From a virus (lineage: Duplodnaviria; Caudoviricetes), in the IMG/VR virus record IMGVR_UViG_640069307_000003, positions 1 through 64,000 of that record: a DNA stretch of 64,000 nucleotides; one strand, 5' to 3'. Shown piece after piece: positions 25,149-34,160 of this stretch (its first letter is position 1; each line of letters opens with the position of its first letter). The notes under the pieces are model-generated. The model did not search any database. It was not told the DNA's origin and was given only the letters and a program-made list of their open reading frames with translations. The position numbers were made by a program, and so were the translations under genes.

Positions 25149-25406
25149 TCAGGTGGCGAATTTTTTGTTTAGGAGAATGAGAATTTCCGCCCCTCGCTCA
25201 GGCGACAAACCGGCCTTGACGAGGATCATCGCCGGGTCATCCGTTGGATGCGAGCAAAGCACGTCATCAAGCGCAGACTCAAGCGCAGCAAGGCGCTTGC
25301 GCTCCTCGTCGGCGGCGTTGGTGTTGAATCGTCGGTCGTAAAACGTCAGCGTCGATTCGAGCTTGGCAATGCGCTCGCGCAATAGTCGTTCTCGGTTATC
25401 GTCCAT
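25149..25406 (-). CDS. Hypothetical protein flanked by operators
   Basis: 85-aa ORF between two operators. Confidence 0.5.
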   Translation of the reverse strand: MDDNRERLLRERIAKLESTLTFYDRRFNTNAADEERKRLAALESALDDVLCSHPTDDPAMILVKAGLSPERGAEILILLNKKFAT

Positions 25407-25408
25407 TT

Positions 25409-25422
25409 ATAGAAATCTCTAT
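25409..25422. promoter_or_regulatory. Repressor operator ATAGA-AATC-TCTAT
   Basis: Palindrome 2 nt upstream of the ATG at 25406. Confidence 0.7.
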
Positions 25423-25459
25423 ATTTCAGAGTAAAAATAAAGCGCTGATTGAGCGCCGG

Positions 25460-25693
25460 TCATTGGCTTTTACGCGCCGCCATATAGGCAATTCGCCGAT
25501 GGTATTCCGCGGCGATATCGGCTTTCAGCTTTTCGGCCGCCTCGATTCCCTGCTCGGCGCGCACCTTATTCATGGCCGCCACGCGATGCGGTTTCGGGCT
25601 GTTCGCGAGCATGCGCACGGTGCAGCATCGGTTCTGTTTCCAGTAGAGGCCAGAGAACGTCTGGCAGCGCTCGCACGGGGCCGCGTCGCTCAC
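25460..25693 (-). CDS. Hypothetical phage protein
   Basis: GAGG RBS, GTG start; CxxC...CC. Confidence 0.55.
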   Translation of the reverse strand: MSDAAPCERCQTFSGLYWKQNRCCTVRMLANSPKPHRVAAMNKVRAEQGIEAAEKLKADIAAEYHRRIAYMAARKSQ

Positions 25694-25965
25694 GCTGATA
25701 CCTCGCCTGTCAGTCGTGCGTCGCGCTCGATGCCATCGACAGGCGGCGGCTCGTCGCGGCGGCGCAATTGATATTCGAGCGCCGAGCGGCGTGCACCATC
25801 CTCGAACTCGATGCCATAGAACGTGCCGTGCTCGTAGCCCATCGCGACCGGGTCAACCGATACGTCGCGGTACTGCATCACGAGGCATTCCATGCCGTTA
25901 CGCTCCGGCTCGTGCCGGGCCTTTTGAAAGATCAGGATTTCGCCAATAGCGTACTTGCGGGTCAT
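25690..25965 (-). CDS. Hypothetical phage protein
   Basis: Coupled overlaps. Confidence 0.55.
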   Translation of the reverse strand: MTRKYAIGEILIFQKARHEPERNGMECLVMQYRDVSVDPVAMGYEHGTFYGIEFEDGARRSALEYQLRRRDEPPPVDGIERDARLTGEVSA

Positions 25966-26384
25966 GCTGCGGCCCTCGGCGCGTTGGCATAGGGCGATGG
26001 CGCAAACGTGAACCCGGCGCGGCGCGCCAGTTCAATGCAATCCTCTCGGCGCAATGCACGGTCGGCAAGCACGCTTGCAAACGAGCGCGATGGGAACGCC
26101 GATTGAATGTCCGCGTGCGCGCGCTGCTCCTCGACCGGCACGCCCCATACATGCACGTCGCCCGGCATGTCGAAAGAGAGCCATTTCGCCGACGAGGCGG
26201 AAATGACCGGAACGCCGAGATAGCGCGCCGCCTGCTCGATGAACTCATCCCCGAAAAGGCGATGCGCGACGACGACGAGCGGCAGCGGATTCGCTTGCGC
26301 ATCGTTCTCGCGTATGGCGAGCTTCGCGGCAACGAGGGCGCAAGGGTCGATAGCCAGCCAGCAAACAATGCGGCGATGGTTCAT
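25962..26384 (-). CDS. Degenerate PAPS-reductase-like (adenine nucleotide alpha hydrolase) phage protein
   Basis: RIVCWL...VAAKLAI...DVHVWG...EE...LRREDC..L..RAGF follows the family outline but lacks the SxG and Cys motifs. Confidence 0.45.
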   Translation of the reverse strand: MNHRRIVCWLAIDPCALVAAKLAIRENDAQANPLPLVVVAHRLFGDEFIEQAARYLGVPVISASSAKWLSFDMPGDVHVWGVPVEEQRAHADIQSAFPSRSFASVLADRALRREDCIELARRAGFTFAPSPYANAPRAAA

Positions 26385-26395
26385 GGTGCGGCTCC

Positions 26396-26740
26396 TTATT
26401 TGTGGCTGATGGGGGTCATTTCCCCGCAGTGTCGGCACTTGGTCCGACTGCGCTCGGCGAGGCGCTTCATTTCCTCCTGATACCGCGCAAAGTGCGCGTG
26501 CCATCGGTTCTCCTTCTGCACGAGCTGCTTGAGCACCCACATGGGGTTGAGCTTCTGCTTGCACCTCCCGCATGTGACCTCTGCGAGCGTGTCATCCACG
26601 AGAAACGGACCGTTGAAGTGCTGACACTCGGCGACCGGCGCGACGAGATAGCGCTCCTCTGGAACAGGTGCCTTGAACGGCGTCCTGAGCTTGACGACGT
26701 TGTCGACCTCCTCATCGAGCTTGATAGGCGGCAGGATCAT
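26396..26740 (-). CDS. Zinc-binding phage protein
   Basis: CQH...VTCGRC...LNPMWVL...KCRHC; GGAGGAG RBS. Confidence 0.7.
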   Translation of the reverse strand: MILPPIKLDEEVDNVVKLRTPFKAPVPEERYLVAPVAECQHFNGPFLVDDTLAEVTCGRCKQKLNPMWVLKQLVQKENRWHAHFARYQEEMKRLAERSRTKCRHCGEMTPISHK

Positions 26741-27765
26741 GCGGGCGCTCCTCCAAAGGACTGTTTTTTGAGCAGGTCTTTCACGCCAGCCATTGCCGAG
26801 CGTGATGCGTCGGACGGGCCGGTACGCGGCGCATCCGCGGGCGGCACGGGGCCAGGTACAGGGATGGGGTCGAGCGGGGTGACGGCTTGCGGGCGCGGAA
26901 CGGGCGGCGCGCCGCCGTTTTCGATGGCAGCCTGAATGCGAGCGTGCCACGCATCGCGGCTCTCGCTCGGGTGCGCGCGCCCCACGCCGACCTCATTGGC
27001 CTTGGCAAGCGCCGCCTCGTCAGACGCACGCCAGTTTCCGCCGCCAGCCCCGCCCTTGCGCGCGGCGCGCATCGGTCCGGCATTGCGCACCCAGTTTCGC
27101 CATGTCGCAGGCCAGTCAGTTTTCGTCGCATCCTTGCCGGACTTCGCGGTCCAGTAATCGCGGAACTTCTCGGCCTCGAAAATCACATGCTGGATCGACC
27201 ATGCGCCGCCAGCCCACTCGTCAAGGTTTGCCGCGTAGGTTTCGGTCACTGCGACGGTTCGCTGAATCGCTTCGGCAGACAGTTCCCAGTCTTTCGTCAG
27301 GCGCGTGCCGCGCCCACTATCTGCTTTCTTATTTGCGTTTACATCTGTAGTGGTTAGAGATGCGGCGGAATCGCCCCCTGCATTTGGCGATTTCGCCACA
27401 TGAGCATTTGCACTTTTGCCCTTTCCATTTTGCGATTTCGCCAATTCGGGAACGTCCTGCAAAAAGGCTTCTTCGTCCACGAATGCATACCAAAGCGTGC
27501 GATCCGTCGCGCGCTCGTTGAAATTACCGGACTGTATGACGCCTTGCTTCATGAGGCTCGCGAGCGTGCGACGGATGCGGTCGCGCGACAGGTACGGGAA
27601 CTGTTCCGAGAACGCATTGATGGAGTTGTAGGACCATGTGCGGTCCTCCCGAAAGTTCTCACCGTTCGCCCGATTGCGCACGATCCAGAATTTCAGGTTA
27701 TTGATGAGCACGGCCTCCTCCAGACCGTAGAGGCGCGCGTGCTCTGTGTCGAACATGTGATGCAC
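26737..27765 (-). CDS. Phage replication initiator / replisome organiser (lytic, O-like)
   Basis: N-terminal wHTH motif LYGLEEAVL...WIVRN...W.YNS...FPYLS...RTLWY; internal iterons; C-terminal DWPATWRNW. Confidence 0.8.
   Translation of the reverse strand: MHHMFDTEHARLYGLEEAVLINNLKFWIVRNRANGENFREDRTWSYNSINAFSEQFPYLSRDRIRRTLASLMKQGVIQSGNFNERATDRTLWYAFVDEEAFLQDVPELAKSQNGKGKSANAHVAKSPNAGGDSAASLTTTDVNANKKADSGRGTRLTKDWELSAEAIQRTVAVTETYAANLDEWAGGAWSIQHVIFEAEKFRDYWTAKSGKDATKTDWPATWRNWVRNAGPMRAARKGGAGGGNWRASDEAALAKANEVGVGRAHPSESRDAWHARIQAAIENGGAPPVPRPQAVTPLDPIPVPGPVPPADAPRTGPSDASRSAMAGVKDLLKKQSFGGAPA
27381..27443. repeat. Three iteron-like repeats inside the initiator gene (putative lytic origin)
   Basis: CATTTGGCGATTTCGCCA, CATTTGCACTTTTGCCC, CATTTTGCGATTTCGCCA, next to an AT-richer stretch at 27321-27360. 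Confidence 0.6.
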
Positions 27766-28337
27766 TAGCGCCCTCCGAACGGGCGGGATTGCAGGCGGTT
27801 TGCAGACTGGAGCTTGCGCTTGCGCTTGGGCCAGCGGCTTTCAGTGGTGGTGCGTGTGCTCATGCTCGTTCCTGTTGCCATCGGGCGCGAGGCCGGGCGC
27901 GGTTTGCGCTCCTCGCGTGCTCGCTCCTCGAGTGGCGTTACCTTTTTGACGATCGCGCGCGCGGCAGCGGCCGTCATCTTCTTTTCGATGGGCTTGTGTG
28001 CCGTGACGGGCTTGCGCGCAAGCTGCTCGTCGGTCGGCCACAGGCCCTTGTCTTTCAACTTCTGCGCGGACTCCGCGCGTGCGAGCAATTCCGCCTCGCG
28101 CACCTGTTCGAGCGCCAGATGCGCCGGGCGCTTCGCCTGACCGTCCAAAACCATGTGGCAGGAGTAGCAGGCGTAGCAGCCGATATGGTCGTAACGCAGC
28201 AGCTTTTTGCCCTTGGCCTTACCGCCCTCAACGTCATTTCCATGCGCCCATACCGTCGTTTCAGGGTCGCGGTTGCAGACTCCGGGCAAACGCAGGGCGC
28301 AAGTCTCCCCGCGTGCCGAATCGGTGATTTTCGACAC
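27765..28337 (-). CDS. DUF1364/YbcO-like protein with basic C-terminal tail
   Basis: SARGETCALRLPGVCN.DPETTVWAH...GCYACYSCH..LDG. Confidence 0.8.
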   Translation of the reverse strand: MSKITDSARGETCALRLPGVCNRDPETTVWAHGNDVEGGKAKGKKLLRYDHIGCYACYSCHMVLDGQAKRPAHLALEQVREAELLARAESAQKLKDKGLWPTDEQLARKPVTAHKPIEKKMTAAAARAIVKKVTPLEERAREERKPRPASRPMATGTSMSTRTTTESRWPKRKRKLQSANRLQSRPFGGR

Positions 28338-28367
28338 GTTGCTTTCTCTCGAATGGGATGGGAAGGG

Positions 28368-28547
28368 TTACGACTTGGGCTTGGCGATTTCCCGGATGCA
28401 GCGGGCGCACTTGCCGTAGCGCTTAAGGTCGATGGCGGTTGCGACCTTGCCGCATCCGCAACGCCTACGCTTGTGGGTGTAAACGGTCGATTTCGACGTT
28501 TCCTCGCGATACATCGCGATGGCGTTCGGATGCGACGAGGCGATCAT
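28368..28547 (-). CDS. Small Cys-rich phage protein, 59 aa (not in the ORF track)
   Basis: ATGA overlap; MIASSHPNAIAMYREE...RCGCGK...GKCARC. Confidence 0.6.
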   Translation of the reverse strand: MIASSHPNAIAMYREETSKSTVYTHKRRRCGCGKVATAIDLKRYGKCARCIREIAKPKS

Positions 28548-28930
28548 TGCAGGGCGGACCGGCGTGCGTGTTTGCGAGCTTTTTTCGTCGCCGGATAGCG
28601 GCGCGCAAGCCAGACTTGGCCCTCCGGCAGCACGAGCACTTCAGACGTGCCCGCGTCGGACATGACGACCGTGAGGTATTCACAGTCGCGGTAGTGTTGG
28701 TACGGCATTCCGTCGGCCATCAGCAAGCCGTCGTCGATCATGGTTTCACGCAAGTCCGCGTGACCCAAGGTCGCACCGATTTTCTCGATGGTGTAGCAGG
28801 TCGATACGTCCACCACGCGCGCGCGGCTCGTGAGCGGGCGTGCAATGGTGCGGTGATACGTGCGCTGGCCAATGGCCGCGCCGAGCGAATTGTGGCCGGT
28901 AACGCTGTTGATGCTTTTTATTTGATTCAT
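28544..28930 (-). CDS. Hypothetical phage protein
   Basis: Start uncertain (MNQIKS used). Confidence 0.45.
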   Translation of the reverse strand: MNQIKSINSVTGHNSLGAAIGQRTYHRTIARPLTSRARVVDVSTCYTIEKIGATLGHADLRETMIDDGLLMADGMPYQHYRDCEYLTVVMSDAGTSEVLVLPEGQVWLARRYPATKKARKHARRSALQ

Positions 28931-29007
28931 CACAGATAATCCGATAAGTCGTGCTCCCCGAACGGGCACGCGAAACAACTTGGTGCGCTGCTACGTGGCC
29001 CGTCGCA

Positions 29008-29550
29008 TCAGGCCGCCATCGCCTCCTCTTCGTTCATCACGTCGCCAGCCCTCTGCCTGCGCGTAACCTCGGCGCTCGCCGAAATCAGATGGCCCGCACC
29101 AGCTACCTGCATTTGTGCGGAATGGATTTGATACGCGCGGCGGATAGCCTGAAGCCCGACCGCATCGAATCCGAGCGTCTTGCCCGCGCGCTTGCGAAAG
29201 TGCGCGCGCATCAGGGCTTGCTGCGCCGCGATAATGTCCGGCTCGTACTGCTTGCCGAAATCGAGTTCTTCGGTCGAGCGCTCGCACAGCACGCGCGAGA
29301 CGTTCGCCATGAATCCGAGTTGCCCCAAATCCTCGGCGTCACCCATACCCTTCGACATGCGGTCAATCGCGACGCCGTAAGCAATGGCGATATCGCGCTG
29401 CTGATCGTCGTCGAGCACCACGTCATAGTTTGCGTTGAGTGCGTTCAGCGTGTGATTGCGCTGAATCTTCAGGAAAGAAATTGCGCGCTGCACTACCGGA
29501 GAAAATTTAGGACCACTGTATTTCTTGCGTGGTTTCTTGTTGCCTGCCAT
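29008..29550 (-). CDS. Hypothetical phage protein downstream of cro
   Basis: GGAAGG RBS; start MAGNKKPRKKY. Confidence 0.65.
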   Translation of the reverse strand: MAGNKKPRKKYSGPKFSPVVQRAISFLKIQRNHTLNALNANYDVVLDDDQQRDIAIAYGVAIDRMSKGMGDAEDLGQLGFMANVSRVLCERSTEELDFGKQYEPDIIAAQQALMRAHFRKRAGKTLGFDAVGLQAIRRAYQIHSAQMQVAGAGHLISASAEVTRRQRAGDVMNEEEAMAA

Positions 29551-29564
29551 GCCCTTCCCCTTCC

Positions 29565-29765
29565 TTACTGCACAACCGGGACGCCGTGCTTTGCACACAG
29601 CGCCTTGAGGCCATCCACCATAGCCGCCGACGTGCGCGGCTTCTTCACATCACCGTGTTCGAGGTAATGCACATGCGGCTGCGAACAGCCAAGCGCGCTG
29701 GCTATCTGCTTCTGCGTGAGCTTCGCCTTGGTCCGCAAGGCGCTGATGGTCTTACTTGTGTGCAT
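29565..29765 (-). CDS. cro: Cro-like HTH repressor
   Basis: LTQKQIASALGCSQPHVHYLEHG; divergent from cI. Confidence 0.8.
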   Translation of the reverse strand: MHTSKTISALRTKAKLTQKQIASALGCSQPHVHYLEHGDVKKPRTSAAMVDGLKALCAKHGVPVVQ

Positions 29766-29799
29766 GTTCGGTTACAAGGGTCAGTTGAAAGGCCAATGA

Positions 29800-29941
29800 A
29801 GTATAAACATATCTATTGTGTCACTCAAGTAACAAAATCGGCATTTCTATCGTTTGTAGCGATGACGCGCCACGCTTGTATAGAATTTTCGTTCGCTGAC
29901 GCCTTTTTTTCTGTCTATATGCGTGCTATAAGGATGTCTAT
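29800..29941. promoter_or_regulatory. cro/cI switch region with divergent promoters and four degenerate operators
   Basis: Minus-strand TTGAGT-N17-TATACT (29828-29800); operators at 29803, 29837, 29880 and 29928. Confidence 0.75.
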
Positions 29942-29988
29942 GTCGCGATAAGCATCCTTATAAAACAACATTAGGAAGGAGCCATCCA

Positions 29989-30696
29989 ATGGCTGCACCA
30001 GCAGACTCGGTCGGCGCGCGCGTGAGCGCCCGTCGAACCGAGCTAGGTATCTCTCAGAAAGAGCTTGCTCGCCGCGTGGGCCTCACGCAGCCAACAATCT
30101 CCGCACTGGAAAAGGGCAAATCCAATACATCTGGCAGCATTGCCTCACTCGCCAAGGCGCTTGGCGTGGTGCCCCTGTGGCTTGAAACCGGATTGGGCGA
30201 CAAGGAACCGGGCGCGCGGGAATACCGGCGTGTACTTGACGACGGAACGCAAACCAGCGTGATTGAATTCGAGGTCACAGTTCTGGCCTCGGATGGCAGT
30301 TGCGGCGGCGGCGCGCCGGGCCAGACGGTAATTGCCGACGTGCGGACCAAGGTAGGCCCTGTTATCAGGGATCAACGCTTCTTCGAGCGCATCGGGGCAA
30401 GTCCCGAGCACGTCTTTGCCATCTTGGGCGATGGCGATGGCATGGCGCGATTCATCGAGCACGGCGACATGGTCTTTTTCAGCAGCGCTGGCTGCGACCG
30501 GCTCGTGACAGGCCAAATCTACGCCTTTGAGACTATCGACGGCCCCCGGATTAAACGGGTACATCGGCGCGCTGACGGTCATGTGATCCTCTCTAACGAT
30601 AACCCGGACAAGAACCGCTACCCTGACGAGATCTACAGCCAAGCCGATGCCGAAGCATTGCACTGCTTGGGAGTTTTTCTCTACCGGGAGGGTTGA
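29989..30696 (+). CDS. cI: CI-like repressor (HTH + S24 peptidase-like domain)
   Basis: N-terminal HTH ISQKELARRVGLTQPTISALEKG; C-terminal S24 fold (GDGM...GDMVFF...IKRV...LSNDNPDK..YPD). Confidence 0.88.
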   Translation: MAAPADSVGARVSARRTELGISQKELARRVGLTQPTISALEKGKSNTSGSIASLAKALGVVPLWLETGLGDKEPGAREYRRVLDDGTQTSVIEFEVTVLASDGSCGGGAPGQTVIADVRTKVGPVIRDQRFFERIGASPEHVFAILGDGDGMARFIEHGDMVFFSSAGCDRLVTGQIYAFETIDGPRIKRVHRRADGHVILSNDNPDKNRYPDEIYSQADAEALHCLGVFLYREG

Positions 30697-30734
30697 CCTG
30701 TAACAATTTGTAAGGCAGCAGTATTCCATATGTC

Positions 30735-30760
30735 AGACCCGCTTAGGCGGGTCTTTTTTT
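30735..30760 (+). terminator. Rho-independent terminator after cI
   Basis: AGACCCGC-TTAG-GCGGGTCT followed by a T run. Confidence 0.8.
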
Positions 30761-31059
30761 GCCCACAGAAGCGGACTCCCTTCCCTAAACAGCGCCCAAG
30801 TCCGGCCAAAAATAGCAATCCAGCTTTCATCATACTTAATACAAAAGAAAGGGCCTGATCGCAAACCCGCGCCACCTTTGAACATTTGTTCGCTATGTGG
30901 TCGCAATACACCATTCCATGCAAGCAAATCATTTCTGATTCCGAAAAAGTCTTTTTTCGTGGAAGGGAGCAATCGAAATGCCTGTATAGGCGCGCGGCGC
31001 GTTGCGCCTCCGCAACATAGGCGTAATCCGCCATCCATCGGCCCCGCTCGCTCCGAAAT

Positions 31060-31121
31060 ATAGATATTTCTATTGCACAGAGGGAAAGCAATCGCTATAG
31101 TCTCGACATAGACACTTCTAT
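31060..31121 (+). promoter_or_regulatory. Early promoter TTGCAC-N17-TATAGT bracketed by two operators
   Basis: -35 at 31073-31078, -10 at 31096-31101; ATAGA-TATT-TCTAT at 31060 and ATAGA-CACT-TCTAT at 31108. Confidence 0.8.
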
Positions 31122-31155
31122 ATTTGAGGCGTCGCCAACCACCGGGAGCCGGGCC

Positions 31156-31296
31156 ATGAAGTCGTTTCAAGTGATCGTCAAAACCCCCGATTCGATGACG
31201 CTGTCCTACCCCGCCATCGGTGCGTGCTCCATCGACGTGCTCATGGATGCACTCGAACAGCACGGCCTTTGCAAGGTTACGGTCCGCCCGCTCTAA
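31156..31296 (+). CDS. Small phage protein, 46 aa (not in the ORF track)
   Basis: GGAG RBS; MKSFQVIVKTPD...CKVTVRPL; first ORF of the early operon. Confidence 0.6.
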   Translation: MKSFQVIVKTPDSMTLSYPAIGACSIDVLMDALEQHGLCKVTVRPL

Positions 31297-31344
31297 CCCC
31301 TCTTTTATGCAGCACAAACCCACCACTTTTAGGCCACGCATAAT

Positions 31345-32676
31345 ATGAACGCACCCACCCCTATCGCTCTGCTCGAACATCCCGCCGCCGAGCCGGCTGT
31401 TGTGTCCTCGGTCGATATCGACGCCATCCTCGAAGGCTCGATTGTTCTATCGAGCGAGCAGCGCGAAACCCTCAAGATCAGCGAAATCCTCGACGCCGCG
31501 CCCAAGGGCGAGAAAGGCGACGCCATCGCGACCATCACGCCGTTCGCGCTTGGCATGACTGGCGAAATGCTCGCGCTGCTGCAAAACACGTATGGCGGCG
31601 CAGTGTTCGACGTGAAAGACCCGGCCGGAATGAAAGAGGCCAAGGCGACTGTGAGCCGCCTGACCAAGCTGAAAACCAGCTTGGAGGAAGCCTATACGGA
31701 ATGGAACGCGCCGATTCAGACCATGACGAAGCTGGCCCGCGAGCAGCGCGACCATGCGACCGCGGCCATCCTCGCACTGCGCGACCCGATCAAAGAGCAG
31801 GTCGACGTTCAGCAAAAAGAACTCGACCGCATCAAGAATGAGAAAGCCGTCGCCGAAAGCCGCCGCATCGAGACGCATCAGGGCGAACTCACGAAGCTGC
31901 AAAAGCTGCCCGAGCAGTTTATGAGCGCGCCGTCGGCTGATATCGAGGCGCAAATCCGCGAACTGGATTCGTTCGAATACCTCACGCGCCGCGACTGGGA
32001 GGAGTACATGCCCGCGGCACAAGACGCCGTGCGCGCCGGTATCGAAACGCTCAAGACGCACCTGACGAACGCCAAGGCGCGCGAGGAGTTGGCGACGCTT
32101 CAGGCCAAGGCCGCCGCCGAGCAGGCCGAGCGTGACCGCACCGCCGCCGCTGAAGCTGCCGAGCGCGAGCGCGTCGAGAAGCTGCGCGAGCGCATCAACA
32201 ATATCCGCCTCGCGCCGACGACCTGCATCGGCCTGCCCGCAGCGCAGATCGAGCGCACGATTGGCAAGCTCGACGCCGTCGCACTCAACGAGTTCGCGGA
32301 GTTCGAGACGGAAGCACGCGAAGCCATCGAAGGCGCGCGCTCGAACCTCTCGACGATGCTCGAAGCGGCGAAGGATGCTGAAGAACTGGCGGTGTTCCGC
32401 GCGCAAAAGCAACGCAACGAGCAGGCTGCACAGGAGGCCGCAGAACGCGCCGAGCGCGAAGCGAAGGAGGCCGCGGAGCGCAAAGAGCGCGAGGCCCGCG
32501 AGGAGGCCGAACGCATCCAGCACGAGCGCGATGAAGCCGCGCGCATCGCCCGCGAGCGCGCCGAAGCGCACGCCGAATTGTTGCTCTCGCTGCTCGTTGA
32601 GGCCGCGCCGCACGTCACCGACATGGACCTGCGCCACCGCATCCACGTCGCCATCGACGCAGCCAAGGGAGAGTAA
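31345..32676 (+). CDS. Long coiled-coil protein of the recombination module
   Basis: 443 aa, E/A/R-rich helical; directly precedes erf. Confidence 0.7.
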   Translation: MNAPTPIALLEHPAAEPAVVSSVDIDAILEGSIVLSSEQRETLKISEILDAAPKGEKGDAIATITPFALGMTGEMLALLQNTYGGAVFDVKDPAGMKEAKATVSRLTKLKTSLEEAYTEWNAPIQTMTKLAREQRDHATAAILALRDPIKEQVDVQQKELDRIKNEKAVAESRRIETHQGELTKLQKLPEQFMSAPSADIEAQIRELDSFEYLTRRDWEEYMPAAQDAVRAGIETLKTHLTNAKAREELATLQAKAAAEQAERDRTAAAEAAERERVEKLRERINNIRLAPTTCIGLPAAQIERTIGKLDAVALNEFAEFETEAREAIEGARSNLSTMLEAAKDAEELAVFRAQKQRNEQAAQEAAERAEREAKEAAERKEREAREEAERIQHERDEAARIARERAEAHAELLLSLLVEAAPHVTDMDLRHRIHVAIDAAKGE

Positions 32677-32679
32677 GCC

Positions 32680-33387
32680 ATGAACGCACCGACCACACTC
32701 CCGCCCGAAGTTATTGCGCAGAAGCCGACCGTCGCAGACATGAACCTGTTCGACGGCGGCAACCCGGCGAACCTTGGCGAAATGTTCGCAGCCCTCGCGC
32801 TCGCGCAAGGCGGGTTCGATCCTATCGTCAAAAACCGCGAGGTCACGGTTCAACCGAAAGACCAATCGAAGCGCGCCTACAAATTCAAGTACGCGGACCT
32901 CGAAGAAATCCGCAGCAAGACGACGCCGCACCTGTCGAAAAACGGCTTCGCCCTGCTCTCGCTCGTGACGACGCACACGACGGGCGGTGTGCATATCCGA
33001 ACGATCCTCGCGCACAAGACGGGCGCGCGTATCGAGTCGGATATGGACGTGAATCGCATCGGCGGCGAAATCAAGGACTTCGGCGCGACTATCACGTACC
33101 TGCGCCGTTACGTCGTGAGCGCGTTGCTTGGCGTAGCGGCCGATGACGACCTCGACGAGGACGGCCAAGAGCCGGGCGCCGGTGGCGGATCGAGCGCGGC
33201 CGTCGGCGTTGCCGTCCACAAGGGTCTGAAGGATGCCAAGACGCTCGGAGAACTGGGCAAGATCATGGCGGGCCTGCCGAAAGACGAGAAGGCGAAGTAC
33301 TCGGCCTATTACAACCAGCGGCAAGACGAACTCGAAGCCGAGCAACGGGACGCGGGCGGCAAACCGGCAGGCGGAGACGATCTGTGA
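32680..33387 (+). CDS. erf: ERF-family ssDNA annealing protein
   Basis: YKFKYADLEEI...GATITYLRRYVVSALLGVAADDDLD. Confidence 0.88.
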   Translation: MNAPTTLPPEVIAQKPTVADMNLFDGGNPANLGEMFAALALAQGGFDPIVKNREVTVQPKDQSKRAYKFKYADLEEIRSKTTPHLSKNGFALLSLVTTHTTGGVHIRTILAHKTGARIESDMDVNRIGGEIKDFGATITYLRRYVVSALLGVAADDDLDEDGQEPGAGGGSSAAVGVAVHKGLKDAKTLGELGKIMAGLPKDEKAKYSAYYNQRQDELEAEQRDAGGKPAGGDDL

Positions 33388-34097
33388 TTGTCGTCGAATG
33401 CCAACAGGGCACGCCGGAATGGCTTGCCGCGCGTGCGGGCGTCACCACGGCGAGCAATTACCGGATCGCCCGCACGCTGGCACGCGACGGCCGCACGCCG
33501 AGCGATACCGCCCGGCACCTTGCATTTCGGCTCGCCATCGAGCGCATTAGCGGCGTGCCGCTCGATGACGATGCACCGGAGACGTGGCAGATGAAGCGCG
33601 GTCAGCTTCTCGAAGACGACGCGCGGATTCTGCACACGTCTGAAATCGGCCTGCGCGTCAAGCCGGTCGGGATCATCCTGACCGACGACCGAAAGTTTGG
33701 TGCGAGCGCTGACGGCTGGATCGAGTGCCCGCGACTGGGGCCGGGCGGCGCGGAATACAAGTGCCTCATCGGGCCGAAGGAACTGGAAGCCGTCTATATC
33801 GACGATGACCCGTCGAAGTACATGGATCAGATTCAGGGAAACCTCTGGCTCTCCGGTCGCAAGTGGTGGGACTTCTGCGTGTACTGCCCGGCGCTTGAAT
33901 CCATCAACCTGCACTTCTACCGGCAGCGCGTCATGCGTGACGATGACTACATCGCGGAGTTGGTGGCAGACCTCTGGAAGTTCGATTGCATGGTCGAGGA
34001 GTTCCGCGAAAAGCTGCTGGTCCGGCAGGCGCGCCGAGAAGGCCGTGAGTTTGTAGCCGAGGCTGCCGACGAGCTTGGAGTCGACACCCCTTATTGA
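33384..34097 (+). CDS. YqaJ-like (lambda exo-type) exonuclease
   Basis: QGTPEWLAAR.GVTTAS, GASADG, EYKC, QIQGNLW. Confidence 0.88.
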   Translation: MIVVECQQGTPEWLAARAGVTTASNYRIARTLARDGRTPSDTARHLAFRLAIERISGVPLDDDAPETWQMKRGQLLEDDARILHTSEIGLRVKPVGIILTDDRKFGASADGWIECPRLGPGGAEYKCLIGPKELEAVYIDDDPSKYMDQIQGNLWLSGRKWWDFCVYCPALESINLHFYRQRVMRDDDYIAELVADLWKFDCMVEEFREKLLVRQARREGREFVAEAADELGVDTPY

Positions 34098-34160
34098 TTC
34101 AAGGCCGCCCGCTCGCGGGCGCGCCCTCCCCTTTTACCGACAACGGATAACAACATCATC

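Noticed and set aside
31447-33345. 632-aa minus-strand ORF and other long antisense ORFs (e.g. 48381-50276, 46322-47413, 8336-9508, 61706-62623)
   Set aside because: Shadow frames of high-GC genes on the opposite strand, with Arg/Ala-rich composition and no motifs or RBS.
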